A stretch of DNA of 61,220 nucleotides, counting the filler, from Sluysia triapertura (taxonomy: Eukaryota), in assembly GCA_046118255.1 (NCBI GenBank). It is 5 parts of 5 records of this genome, joined end to end, with 100 filler letters (N's around TTAATTAATTAA, not from the genome) between each part and the next. Parts side by side here need not be neighbours in the genome. Positions count along the whole stretch, not along the records: positions 37,546 to 50,200 come from JBJNIA010091567.1; positions 50,301 to 61,220 come from JBJNIA010191518.1; 3 more parts are not named here. The stretch is one strand, 5' to 3'. Under the pieces are notes generated by a model. It made no database searches and was not told where the DNA came from. It saw only the letters and a program-made list of their open reading frames with translations. Both the position numbers and the translations under genes were made by a program. This document shows, in pieces, positions 40,782 to 54,200 of this stretch (position 1 is the stretch's first letter; each line of letters starts with the position of its first letter).

Positions 40782-41357
40782 ATGTATCAAATAACAAATA
40801 TAATGTCGTCATATTCGAATGATCACTTATCATTGTTTGATTTACTTCAGAGTAAAGATTCAGATTTCGCTTATGTTTTTCTTCAAATTGAGGCCACTGT
40901 TAATTCAAAATTACCAAATTTGGAACAAAATTCTCTTTCAGCTATCGCAAATTTTATTTATCTACGACGTCAAATGTCTGATCTAAACAATCAAATTAGA
41001 ATTTTAAAATTTATCAGTAATATGTACACAAACAGCCCGGTTATCACTAATATCAATAACACTTCATCGAGTTTGCAGAAGTCAAAAGCAAGATTATGTA
41101 AATTACAAAATGTATTAGATGATAAAAATGACAATATTCATGAATTACGCTTTTACTTAGATCAACAAACAGATGAATATAACAAACTACGAAAAGTACA
41201 ACTTGAAATTAGTAATGAAGTTCGACTTGGTCGATTATTACAAGAAGAACTTGACAGTAAACAGAAGGCATTGTGTCAGCTAGCATTTATCGAGAAAGAT
41301 AATAAAAAATTAGTATATAAAATCAATGAATCATATTACTACCGAACTAGTAATGAA
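40782..41357 (+). CDS. CCDC88 (Girdin/Daple, Hook-related) family coiled-coil segment; isolated exon or truncated paralogue
   Basis: LQKSKARLCKLQNVLDDKNDNIHELRFYLDQ...VRLGRLLQEELDSKQK...KKLVYKINESYYYR aligns by eye, ungapped, to Girdin LADAKAKIRRLRQELEEKTEQ...ARSARMYRDELDALREK...RYKERLHDIEFYK. Possible donor GAA|GTTTTA at 41357. Lies within ORF 40695-41495. Confidence 0.6.
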
Positions 41358-42274
41358 GTTTTAAACCAATTCAACGCTTACACAGTAATTAAGCCTTATC
41401 ATATCAAGAATGTTGCGAGATGTACGAAGAAAGATGTAGTTATAAAAATGCATTATTCAGTATTAATTAAGAAATGTTTAATTGTTATATTATAATAATA
41501 AGAGATAGAAGTCTTTCTATCGTAATTATGAAAAATTTTTTGTGTTAAATAATTTATTATAAGTACCAAGAATTTTATTAATAAAACTATTGTTACAACC
41601 AATAATACACTAATAACGAAATTTTATCGTTTAGTTTTTGTGCGTTCAAAATTAAAACAGATTAATGGTAGTAAAAGTTTCAATAAGAATGTTATCTTAA
41701 TAATTATTACACTTTACTTGAAACTTTATTATTCAACCTTAAATGATGTTAACATAAAAATTTATTTATCCATATATCGCATACGTATCAGGAAAAGCTT
41801 TAACAAGAATGTTATTATTGCAATTTATAATACGATCATATCTCCGAATTCTCATCAATTCTTAAAACATCATTTCTTTCTAATAACACTATCGTTAACA
41901 AAACACATGAACGCTATTCAATATATTTCATCAATTCATATACCTGTAAATTCCTTGTTTCAAATATTAGAACCAATTCAACCGGGTGTTTATTCCTCCA
42001 CAGTTGAATCAAAAGCAAGATTATGGAAATTATTGATTCGATCGAACTCAATGATGATCATCACGACATTTCGAAAATTGCTATTCATAACTGTAAACGA
42101 AGATTCATCGAGTTTATGTCAATTAAGAAATTTTGATTTTATTTACTATTCGTTTTTAGTTGAATTTTATCTATGTTTTAAAGTTTTACCCTCAATATAT
42201 TCAGAGATGACACTAAACATTTTATTTATTCTCGGCCTTAAATTTCATATTAGAATTTTATGTGAATTTTGTAC

Positions 42275-45200
42275 AATTTTTTGAAGAATAACCAGATTTT
42301 CCAGAATGCATCTTATGGAATGATGAAGCTTGCTTCAAACTGAATGGGCAAGTTAACAGTCACAATTGTATTTATTGGACAGTGAGAATTATTGTATTAT
42401 TGAAACGGAAGCCAATGTTCTTGGAGTCACAGTGGCCAAGTTGGCCATTCTTTTTTGAAGGATTTTGGGTTCTAGTTAAGAGCATTATAAAATATAAAAA
42501 CGAAAAATAATACGTTACTTAAATCAGATATAGCAATTATTGTATGATTCAGTGTTACTTCTAAAACTTCAAATGAATTCAAGTAGTTCAAATTTTCATA
42601 TTTGCTTTCATTATTTTTGTTAAAGAAAATTTCACGAAAATACAATACCATATAGATAACGTTTCGCTTAAATTCTTTATTAATAAATAACCGGTGAATC
42701 GGTTCCTTTTCAGTACGAACATTACCATTGTTTTTAATTAATTTATTAATTTTTTATATTATCATTTTTCTATAATTTCAGGTACCGAAGTGACGGCGAA
42801 GCTGGTAATAGTACGTAGGTAGTAGTAGTTATAGTACTACTACTCAGGAAAGAATTATATATTTTTAATCAAATTTTAACTGCTGACTATTTTAAGCAGC
42901 TAAAATTTGATCAAAATTAAAAATATAATATAATATAATAATAATAATAATAATATTAGTAATAATAATAATTAAAATGATGATAATTTATAAATGCCTA
43001 AATTAAAAGAGATGTAGTAGATATTGACACAATTTAAATTAATATATAATTATGATTATAAATAATTATCACTAAAATCCAAATTTGGAGTTGTGATTAG
43101 TTTAATGTTGATAATTTTTAAAAGTTTACTAAATAGCAATTTATAAAAGATTATCTTGATTGTTGTCCTTAAATTATAATTCAAAAAAGAATATTTGAAA
43201 ATTATATTATTACACATGAGAATTATGAACCATTCAAAATGAGTGAAATTATAAACATATAAATGAACTGAACACAAATTTGATTTTTAAACACAAATAC
43301 AATGTTATAACATTTAATTGTTAGTAACTCATCACCGAGGTTCCACAGTACGTACGCAATTTGAGCAGCCCAAATCTTCTGTGGATGAAGATTCCTATAA
43401 TAGAAGTTATGAAGATTAAACAGCGTTCTAAAATAAAATAATATTACTTTAAGTATGAGCGATGGTTTGAGTAATATCATGTTCATTATCATGGTTCATA
43501 TTATCTATCGACTTGTTTCGATTTGTTAGGACATAAATATCGCTAATGAGCTTGTTGAAAAGTTGTAAGTAGTCATGTATTATATTTCGATTGGTATCAA
43601 CATTGTTGACTTCACTAATGGAATGATAACGTTTACATGATCATCCGAGCTTGTTGCAATGGCCGCGTCTGTTTGATGGGAATGGATATTGTGCTGTTCT
43701 GAACAGAATCTCTTGTTTTGGATTTGAAGCAATATAGTTAATAGATGGTATGATTGAAGTGGCGGAATTGTTTGAAACAGCGGGTTCTCTTGTATGATCT
43801 GGTGCGATTTTACCATAAAGAGTTTCGATGTGGTACATACTGACATGCGACGAAATTGCACTAACTTTTATTTTTCGTAACATTATGTTTGCAAGCATGG
43901 AATTCGTTGAGGGGATGAAACATATTTAATAAACATGGTATAGCATAACATTTAATCTCTAAATTGGAGTTGATCACTAAACTATCCTTTTCTCTAAACT
44001 TTAATTCTAACATGATCAAGAGATTGCGATAATGGATGAAAAGTTTTGCATTATTATTAATTTCTTGAATAAGGTCCTTCAAGGACTGGAAAAACCTGTT
44101 ATGCGTTAAATGTTTTTCAAAAAGATTAATGGTTGAGTGTGAACGGATTTAAAATTGAAATGTTTTTGTAAAATTTAAACATTTTCTATGACAATTTAAG
44201 GTGTAAATTGTGATTCGAATATTGTGGAATTGTGAGATGAAAATATTTTAGATGAGATCTGAAATGTACATTGTAAAGTTGTAAAGTTGTGAATTTAAAA
44301 TATTTTGAAATGTAAAAAGACTTTGATAAATTCTGAAAAAATAAAATGTAATTAAAATGATTTTTTTTGAATTTTAAATTAGAGGTTGGCCACCACACCA
44401 AATTCTCTTAAAAACCTAATAAAGTATATCACTCCTTAGTGTAATTAAAACATTAAATTGTATGGATATTATTACATTTATAACTTTATTTGGTATTAAT
44501 ATCCGTTGTGAATTATCGTACATTACAATGTCATATATTATAATGCACAACAAATAATAATTTGGTATCCATTACTGAATCAGATCTAAAATTGTACAAT
44601 AGATAAAAATCGCACATTTATAAACTTTTAATTCATATTTTGCACAAGTTTTACTTATAACAATACATAATACATCTAAGTTATTTTTCGTAATATATGA
44701 CGAAGTATAAAACGATTGAAAACGCCTTAGTATGTTTAGAAATTTTCAAAATTTAATTTTTTATTTAAGATTTAGTACTATCAACTAAAAGGAAATAAAT
44801 ACTTAAAATAAATATAATTATAAACAAAATGTTGATTACTGATATAAATTCCATTGACACATCATAGCATCATTTGGTTTTTTCGTTTTAAAGCTGCAAG
44901 AACAATGTGGAGTTAGTTTTGCTTAAATTTAAGTCTAAAAAACTGAATGAATTTATTTTCATATTTTTGATTAATAGCTTCATAGTAGCTCTGAAGAATG
45001 TCGAATTTAGACGCAGAAGTAAATTGATCGGAATCACACATACATAAATATATACAAATTCATACAACCAAAAGAATAATAAAAAAATGAATTGTAAAAA
45101 GAACATAAATCATAATGATAACGATGATGTTGTGATATTATTATAAGGATTATTATATGAAATTATTATAAGATTTATTATAACAATGGAATTTATAATA

Positions 45201-45755
45201 ATAATAACTATAACTCATGATAATTATTTACAATGAGTCAAGTAGTATATTTAGTTCTATGTATGTAAGCAGTGCTGAAGTGTTAAAATTGTGATGTGAC
45301 TTCGCTACAAAGGAACTGTTAATGGTGAACGTTACCTTGATATGTTAATGAGTTCCCCCATTTCGGTTATCTTCATTTTCAACAAGGCGGCGCACCTGCG
45401 CACAACACCAGAGATGAAACATTTCCTGGACGCTGGATTGGACGGCGAGGACCAATCGAATGGCCTGTCAGATCCCCGGATCTGACACCGCCTGATTTTT
45501 TCTATGGAAATTATAAAAAACGCAGTTCATGCTAAAAAGACTAGGACATTTGATCAACGAAAACAAAGTGTTCAGCACAAATGGAACCAAATTTCAGAAA
45601 GTATGTCGCAGTGTCGTCAAAAGATGTCACGCTTGTATTGAAGTGGATATTTTGAACACTTGTAAATACTAAATATACTAAATATACCAAACACTAAAAG
45701 TACTAAAAATACTAAATAAAGTTGTCGATTTTGATACTAATTTTGGGACATCACG
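42275..45755 (+). mobile_element. Tc1/mariner-superfamily transposase relic (rosa/DD41D-like motifs) in two pieces, 42275-42462 and 45310-45755
   Basis: [23 protein letters not shown]...PFFFEG, then TVNGERYLDML..FQQGGAPAH..FPGRWIGRRGPIEWPVRSPDLTPPDFF. Right end TTTTGGGACATCACG|TA. Confidence 0.85.
42463..45309 (-). mobile_element. 2,847-bp insertion with 5-bp TSD (AAGGA), probably a decayed BEL/Pao-like LTR element
   Basis: AAGGA at 42458-42462 and 45310-45314; removing the insert restores FFEG-TVNG. The insert ends in ...CTACA. Minus-strand fragments at 43640-44080 show Cys/His knuckle-like C..CL...H...C / C..C..H followed by EILFRTA (cf. BEL VLLxTA). Confidence 0.6.
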
Positions 45756-48176
45756 TATATATAATTTATATTTATTGGAATATTATAGAATTATTACTAT
45801 TTAATTAAAAAATTATAAAATTACAAAATTTATTAAAAATATAATTAAAAAATTAGAATTATAGTAAATATGATAAAGAATTTGTTTTGTTAAAATAAAA
45901 ATTAATAATATGGCTTCCAATTTCCAAACTGTGCATAAAGTGAATATTTCAACACAGAAAAGGCAAATAAAAAAGTTAGTTATTTCAGTCACAAAACACT
46001 AACAATTAGTTGAACACTACTAGTATAAATCAAGAGCGATTATAAACACAAGCAGTAGATAGAAGTTGTATACAATTAGTATAACAGTATAAAGTTTGAT
46101 TTCTACGAGTCAATTTGATTACTCAGACGACCATTAGCAAGACATGCGATCATAGTTTCTACAAGAGGCTTCAGGGACAATATTCAAAAAATAAATTTAT
46201 TTATTTATTAAACAGTAAGTTTATACTTAATAAGTTCAACTCTACATTTTTGAGAACTAAAAAATACTGCTTAAATTAATGGACTTTTTAAGACTAGCCA
46301 TAAAATCTCCATTAAAGTATTTTAATGTTGATTGTGGATAAAGCCTACAAACTTTATTCCTAATATATTATTTTTTATTATCATTATTATTTAATCGAAA
46401 TTATTTGAGTGTATTTTTAAATTGTATTAGTTTCTAATTAAAGGAAATTTGTTGTTAATAGACTTTAATATTGTTAATTTTTTTAATTGTAATATTTCTT
46501 AAGGAGATGATTTTTTAAAACCTCAGATTGATTTACAAGTATTTATTATAAAAAATAAAACTAGTTTTAAATTCCTATATTTCTTGTAGATGCGTCTTCA
46601 TAAGCCGTAGACTACAAGAGGATCCTTTAAGTTCATTTTGCAGCGAATATTCAAAAAGAAATAAAATATCAGCAATATATTCATCGTGAAGATAAAAACT
46701 GTCTTAATGTATCCTTTCTTCAATTGTTGTCATTCCTTGTTCGTTCCTGTCGACGACATTTAATAATTGTGGGTTTAATTTTTCGCATAAAGTTCGAATA
46801 AGATCAATAACAGTTCCCACTGATTATTTTCGAAGACCTTTTGCTGACAGGATTTTTTTAAACGAAAATATTTCGTAAGTTATTTTATATAAGTTTCTCC
46901 CTTATGTAAGATGTGTCAAAATCAATTCAAAATCCATGTTTTTTATTATGTGGTTCGAATAAATCAAGCCTTAAAATCATTATAAAACCAATTAATTTAC
47001 TTAATTAATGTACAACCTTAATTATGAAATTCCTGATATTTATTATAAAATATATTTAATTGTATAATGTTTTATAATTTATTATTGGAATTTTATTTTT
47101 ATCGATTGTTTGAGTTTTGTTACGTTCGTTTGGTAATACATATTCGCATTTATTTTTTACATTAGAAGGGTAAATTAAACCCGATGTCATTTGAAAGGTA
47201 ATTATGCAGTGAGAACCTTTAACATCTAGCAGTGAGATCCGTAACTAACACATTAAAGTAAATTGTATCTTTGATCAATGTTAAATATTTGTAACGTTTA
47301 AAGGTGATCAGAAACCTTCACAGTAGTTAAGTTTAAATCTTATGTAAAAATCACGTAAATGTGTCTTCCCAAGTGTAGGATATAAAACACTGATTACAGG
47401 CGAACCCATAAAATAAGTTTATATTTACGAATTTTTTGGTATAACAATAATACAATCAATTTGTTTTCTACGATATTATCGGCAAGTTCGTTTATTGAAT
47501 GCTGTAAGGTTGTAAATTAACATTTTATGTGAAAGTTATTTATATTTTATTTATTTCATATTTTGTATTTTATGTGTTGTAAAAATTATAAATATAAATA
47601 TTACAAAAAATTATTAAAATTATAAGTAAAAATAAATTAAAAATAAAATTTAATTACTTTAAAAAATTCATTAAAAAACAATTTGCTAGAAAAAATTCTT
47701 TAAATGAATCAAATTTATTAATACGACTCTTTATAAAGAGATAAAGATAATAAACAAAGCCATTACTATATATCACACAAGTTAGAAACGCTATTTTATT
47801 TGTATAAAGCTTAATCGATACACAATCGCCATTTTAGAATTTATATTTACACAACAAAAGTGATCAACAAAGAAAGCAAGAAAAATTCACATTAATATAA
47901 ATTGATGCTACAACGTGGCTTATATTACAACGAAATCATAATTTAATTATCCATATTTGAAAGAATTAAGTAATGAGTTTAATTTGTATAGTTTTATAAA
48001 CTCCGTAGATATATTGTTATACAATCCACTTAAATTATTCATTTTTATGTTGGTCATTAAGGCCAATAATAAATATCATTAAATTATAAAATTACTTTAT
48101 TTTCGTTGGTCCATAAGGCCAATTACAAAATAAGTTTAATCTGATCGAGTATTCGAGCTAGGTCTGGTATTTGGAA

Positions 48177-48212
<36 letters not shown>

Positions 48213-51200
48213 CGTTCGATATTTTTATAAAGTAATTGTGTAAATTAAATTTATTTGGTTTTTAATATAATATACCTTTTGTAATTTACGATATAAATTT
48301 GGTTCTAATATTGTCCTAGTAGAGCATACTTACATTTAAAATAATTAGTTACCTCCCTTGATACAATAAATCACATAAAGTTTCAACCTAAATCTCTTCA
48401 CACTATTGCCCCGTTAGAAAACTTAGATATAAAGGAGTTTTTATAAAGAACACATTTGTCACCGTTGTTATTCTTCATAGTATATTGTGTTTTAGCATAT
48501 AATTTATAATTTTTTGGAGTCAAGAATTAATACTTAAATCATTAACATAAAGCTGGCCTTTGGTCAATTACACAAACATTATTAAATATTATAAAAAGCA
48601 AATAAAGCCCAAAAACGTTATTTTTAAAAGCCATATCATTATTATATTGTAGAATAAAATGTTTCGCGACAATAAACTATTTACGCAATATATGTGTGTT
48701 CACCTGCTTTATTTTAAAAAATTAATTACAAATTAATTACATGTTACAAATTTTAAGTTAAATTCTACTAGCTCTTTTAAAAAATCTAAAATTAATTTAA
48801 AAAACTAACGATAAAGAAATGCTTTTTTGAAAATCTCCAAAAGTGAAAGCGATGAATCGAAAAATACCGATCGGAATAGTTTGTAAAATATTTACACTGT
48901 AAATTGCAACTTGAAATTGTAAATTAATTGAACACTTTAATTTTAGAAACGTTAAACTTTAACTTAAACTTATGAGTTCATCTATTAAATTGACGGCTTT
49001 TTATAACATCTTTCAAGCATAATTAAATGTACTGATCTTTCTTAAACGTATTGCGTTAGATTAATATTTGAATGTTTTAACATTTAATATTTATTTTTGC
49101 TATTTTTTTAATTTTTTATTTTTTCAAACTAATAATAATAATAAAATTATAAAATTAATACTATTAAAACTAACAATTATAATAATATTATAATAATATT
49201 ACACTATTAAAATTACAAATATTACACATTACATGTGTCATGATGTTACAATATTATTCTCTTTGTGCTAACCTCATAACATTGATATAATATTGAATTT
49301 TTAGTTGATATTGTGTTTTTTGATTAAATTGTTAACATTCTCTGAAATTTCATTCAGTTTTTAGTTAAAAATTGTGTAGTACATAATTTTTTAATTAAAT
49401 TTACTTTGACTGTTTAATTTTTTAATAGAGATAGGGTTACCTATAAGGGAGATAAAAATCCTTAAATTTGAAACGAATATTTAAGACTTAAGATTTTCGT
49501 GTGTTTTCCATGGTAATGCAATAATTGACCATCGGAATTGCAACAATTAAATTAAAGAAGTTATCAATAATTATATGAATTTATGTTTTTTGTAGATAGC
49601 CCACATAAGTCATATACTACAAGCGGACCTATCATGGATAAGTTCATTTTGCAATTAAAAAAAACAAATTAACACCATAGCAATTAGAGTAAAATAAATA
49701 AAAATAAACATAATTTTAGGTTAAAACCTTGTAAGGGTATTTAATTTTTACAAATATAAAGTATCATCAATAAATGGGGTGTGGTGACCAACATCTCACA
49801 TGATTTTAATATTCTATAACACACTAATTTTGAAATCTACGCAACATTCAAATTGTAAACAATCAACATAATAATAATTCAAAGTTTAGATTCAATCAAA
49901 GTTTAGATAATTCAAAGTTTAAATTTACATAATAATAATAAAGTTTAAATCAACATATTTTGAAAATTTTATTAATTTGAAAAAATTTAATTTAAAGTAA
50001 ATTTTATTTTAAATAATTAATATTTAATTAGATTATAAACTTAATTAGAATATTATTTGGAAAATATTATTTGGAAGTAAACTTATAAACTTATTGGAAA
50101 TAAATTTTTAGAATTAAAAACATTTTTGGAATTAAAAACATTTTTGTCAATTATAAATTTTATTGGAATTAAAAACATTATCATCCAGGTTAATTTATTG
50201 NNNNNNNNNNNNNNNNNNNNNNNNNNNNNNNNNNNNNNNNNNNNTTAATTAATTAANNNNNNNNNNNNNNNNNNNNNNNNNNNNNNNNNNNNNNNNNNNN
50301 ATTATAATTGTTCATAAAAATTGTAACTTCGTTGATAAATTTATTTATTTTTCTGTTCTTTCGTTAATTATTGTTACACTATTCATAAATTATTGTTCAT
50401 TTTATAGTATAAATAAGCTAAATTTGTTTGAATTTCATAATTTTGAAAGATAAGATAACACGAACACGATAATAAATTTATTCAAATTTGCGTATAAATT
50501 GACATATAGAATATTTAGAATTAAACTTGTTAATAAGATCATTCAGATTAGTTACTTAAGCCAAAAACTTAGATAAATATTACAAGAGAATTCTGTGATT
50601 AAGCGACTTTCATTAGCAAAATTAAGGCAAATTCTTTCGTTGCTATTTTCTGTGGATACGTCTACTTCACGTAATAAACCGTATACCACAGACGAACCCG
50701 TATTTAAAATCATAATTGTTAGGAAAATAAGTGAAAATCTAACATATGCAAGATTATGAATTCCAACATAGTATTTGTAATTCAAATATTTTAGATTTGT
50801 TAGAATTAGCAGATAAATTGAGGTCAAATAAGACTATCACTATGAGTTCTATGAGAGATTGAGTTTCGACATACTATTTGTAATGAGACTACATCCATAA
50901 GGCCTAAGTGCTCGGAAGTTTCGAAATAGTAAATAATAATTTCGCAATATAAATAATTGTGACATATTAAAGTTGGTGTTTTTAATTACATTTTATTTCA
51001 ATTACATTTTACATCAATTTTATACAATTTTATGTTTGGTATTTATTCCAATGTTTAATGACAAGTGATTGATTAATTTTATGAAGTTTTTGTATTATAA
51101 GTTTGTGAAATTCTGTTGAAACGAAAACATTTCTTTATTAACATATTGTTTCTTTGCTCTGTAACCTTAATTTATGTGTAATTCAATGCTCTAAAGCATA

Positions 51201-54200
51201 TTTTTGCAGCGTTAAGGTTTTGTATATACCAAGTATGTCAATTTATTACTTGGTTCTATTTTTATAAAGTCATATTTGAGTTCCCAAAATATGAATCTAA
51301 AGGCACCTATCTTGAAAATTAACACCGACTTTAAATCTCTTAAAGTTAAAGTTCACTTCAACAAGAACCTTTAGTCCATAAGTAATTGCTTTAATTCATC
51401 TTCGATAATAATTAATTTCGACTGTATATAAAACTCTCAACTAATTAAATATGGAAAGCACTCCTGTAGGACTTAACGTTACATCAAATATTACTATTGA
51501 TGAACTATTTATGTCCGATTTTGTGTGCTTTTTATTCCGCTTAGTTGATTCTAATAAATTTAAATGAATTTTATCCTTCCTTGTGCTCCTTTTTAAATGC
51601 GTTATTTTTAATAGGTCTTCAACCTTTACTATCTCAAACCAAATGTTTTTTAGAATTTTTCTTTGACAAATTAGGATATTTCTTCCTTATAATATAATCT
51701 TTAACGTTAAATTTATATTCCTTTTTAAGTTTCTTATGAATGAAATTCGAGGGAAACTAAGTCTTTCATTCTGAATATATATTGTAAGATACAAAGATGA
51801 ATACCGAATGGATAAAAATAAAATAAACTAAATAAAAAATAATTTTGAGCTACGCTTAAACTACCTTAAAGAAGCATTAAATTAAGATTTTTCACGGTAT
51901 TTTATTCATTGTTTTAAACAAGCATCGAAACTTCTGTATATTAAACTTACGATAAAAATAATGCTGTTAAATATTCTTGATTTTCAGAAATATCTTTTCA
52001 GAAATATCTTTATAGTTATTTGTTAATAAGGTTACGCTTACATCAATTAGAATAACAGATTTAAAAATCAAATATCAAAGCTATGATTTTAGAATCAAAT
52101 ACCAAATTGATGTCGGACAAGATCAAAATTAGAAGATTATATAATTTCATTGTACATATCAAATACTAATTTACAATTAAAAATTGCATTTGAAAGTCGG
52201 AGTTATATCAACTTCTTTTTACCAAATCAAACAAATGTTTAATTCTGTCTGTTTTTTGTCTTTTTATTATTCTGACATTTTATTTATCTATCAAATAATG
52301 TAATACGGGTGCTTTGCCCTAAAATGAAAAATATTACTTTTCTAGTGTAGAAGATTACTTTACATTNNNNNNNNNNNNNNNNNNNNNNNNNNNNNNNNNN
52401 NNNNNNNNNNNNNNNNNNNNNNNNNNNNNNNNNNNNNNNNNNNNNNNNNNNNNNNNNNNNNNNNNNNNNNNNNNNNNNNNNNNNNNNNNNNNNNNNNNNN
52501 NNNNNNNNNNNNNNNNNNNNNNNNNNNNNNNNNNNNNNNNNNNNNNNNNNNNNNNNNNNNNNNNNNNNNNNNNNNNNNNNNNNNNNNNNNNNNNNNNNNN
52601 NNNNNNNNNNNNNNNNNNNNNNNNNNNNNNNNNNNNNNNNNNNNNNNNNNNNNNNNNNNNNNNNNNNNNNNNNNNNNNNNNNNNNNNNNNNNNNNNNNNN
52701 NNNNNNNNNNNNNNNNNNNNNNNNNNNNNNNNNNNNNNNNNNNNNNNTGACATACTAATTAAAACATCTATAATTTCTATGATATTTAGTACTACTGAAT
52801 CAGGAAGGCAATATAAACCGAATATTTCACTGAAAGAAGTAAATGAATCTGAAACGAAAAAATATATAATTTTCAAAATACAGAAACTACACCAACAATA
52901 CAAGTATTTGAGGTTGTTAGTATCGGTTTCTTTACGGCGCATATATATTTGCAAGATTTGTGTTCAATATTAATCAGTTAATATTTTTCTCTGATTTTAT
53001 TAATTGGGTGGATATATTTGCCACTTTTACATCACTTATTGCATTATTACCTCTGTGAGAAAGGTAGAATAAAAGTTAATTAAAATTGTGAGTTCACCAA
53101 CGTACTGGACTTACCAGCTAGGGCCAGCCGTTGGACTGGTGGAGAGAAAGTATTGGAGGTAATAAAATTCAGAAAATTTTAGAGTTATGTCAAATATTTA
53201 AAGGTATATATATCTGTCTATAAAATTGACTCAGTAGTTTTAAGTATGATTTTTCGATGATCCTTTGAAACAGGATCGGAATAATTAATTTACGCCGTTA
53301 GAATTATACTCTAACAAATCTATTTAAGTGGTAATTTTATAGTTGAGACTATAAAAGTTATTATAAATCGAAAAACAATGAAGTTGACTTGGAGGTTTAT
53401 TAAGAAAAATTTATGTATATAGAAATAAAATTATATAATAAAAAATATACAATGTTACGACAGAATTAATCAATTCTTCACTTTCAAAAATAATTTTAAA
53501 GATGATTTTTCGATGAATCTATCATAAGATTCAAAATAATTACAAATAAAATTTAAGTAAGATTTTGCGAGATTTCTTAATAATATCAATTCCTTATAAA
53601 AATAAGCTAACGCAAGTAATGTAATAAGAAAAGTTAAATTTCTTCAATTCTGGATATTAATCTTCGAATTTTGAACGTTAAGATTACTAATTCTTGTTAC
53701 TGTTGTCGTTGTTGTTTGATGATGTTGATAATGTTGTGTGAAAGTTAAAAATGTTACGTCTATTTATATTTGTTTTATTAAAACAAATTTAAAATTCAAA
53801 TTAATATTTTAATTTTATTGAAAATAATTTTATAACATAAAATGATGTCTAAATTCTTACATTTTTGATTAATTCTTTTAATAAAATAATAAATTCCTTT
53901 AAAATAATAATAAATTGTTTCAACAAATTCAATATAAATAAATAATCAATAATCAACAATCAATGTAATCAATAGTTATGTATAGTTATGTATAGCATCA
54001 CAATATGTGTGTTTATAATCAATAGTATTGTATTGTGTTTATAATCAATAGTTATGTATATCATTACACCTCAAAAGACAGAAAATTCTGAATTAATACA
54101 AATTTTAATGACAGTCCCGAGAATATTCCGCTTATTTCGATTAACTAATAATTTAAGATGTGATAGGGACGGTATTTGGTTTATAGTAGAAAAATCTTCA

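Noticed and set aside
39539-42200. LINE ORF2 fragments (DLTVVANIFTQQF; ISSIHIP)
   Set aside because: Only short weak motifs; no RT or endonuclease catalytic signatures recognisable.
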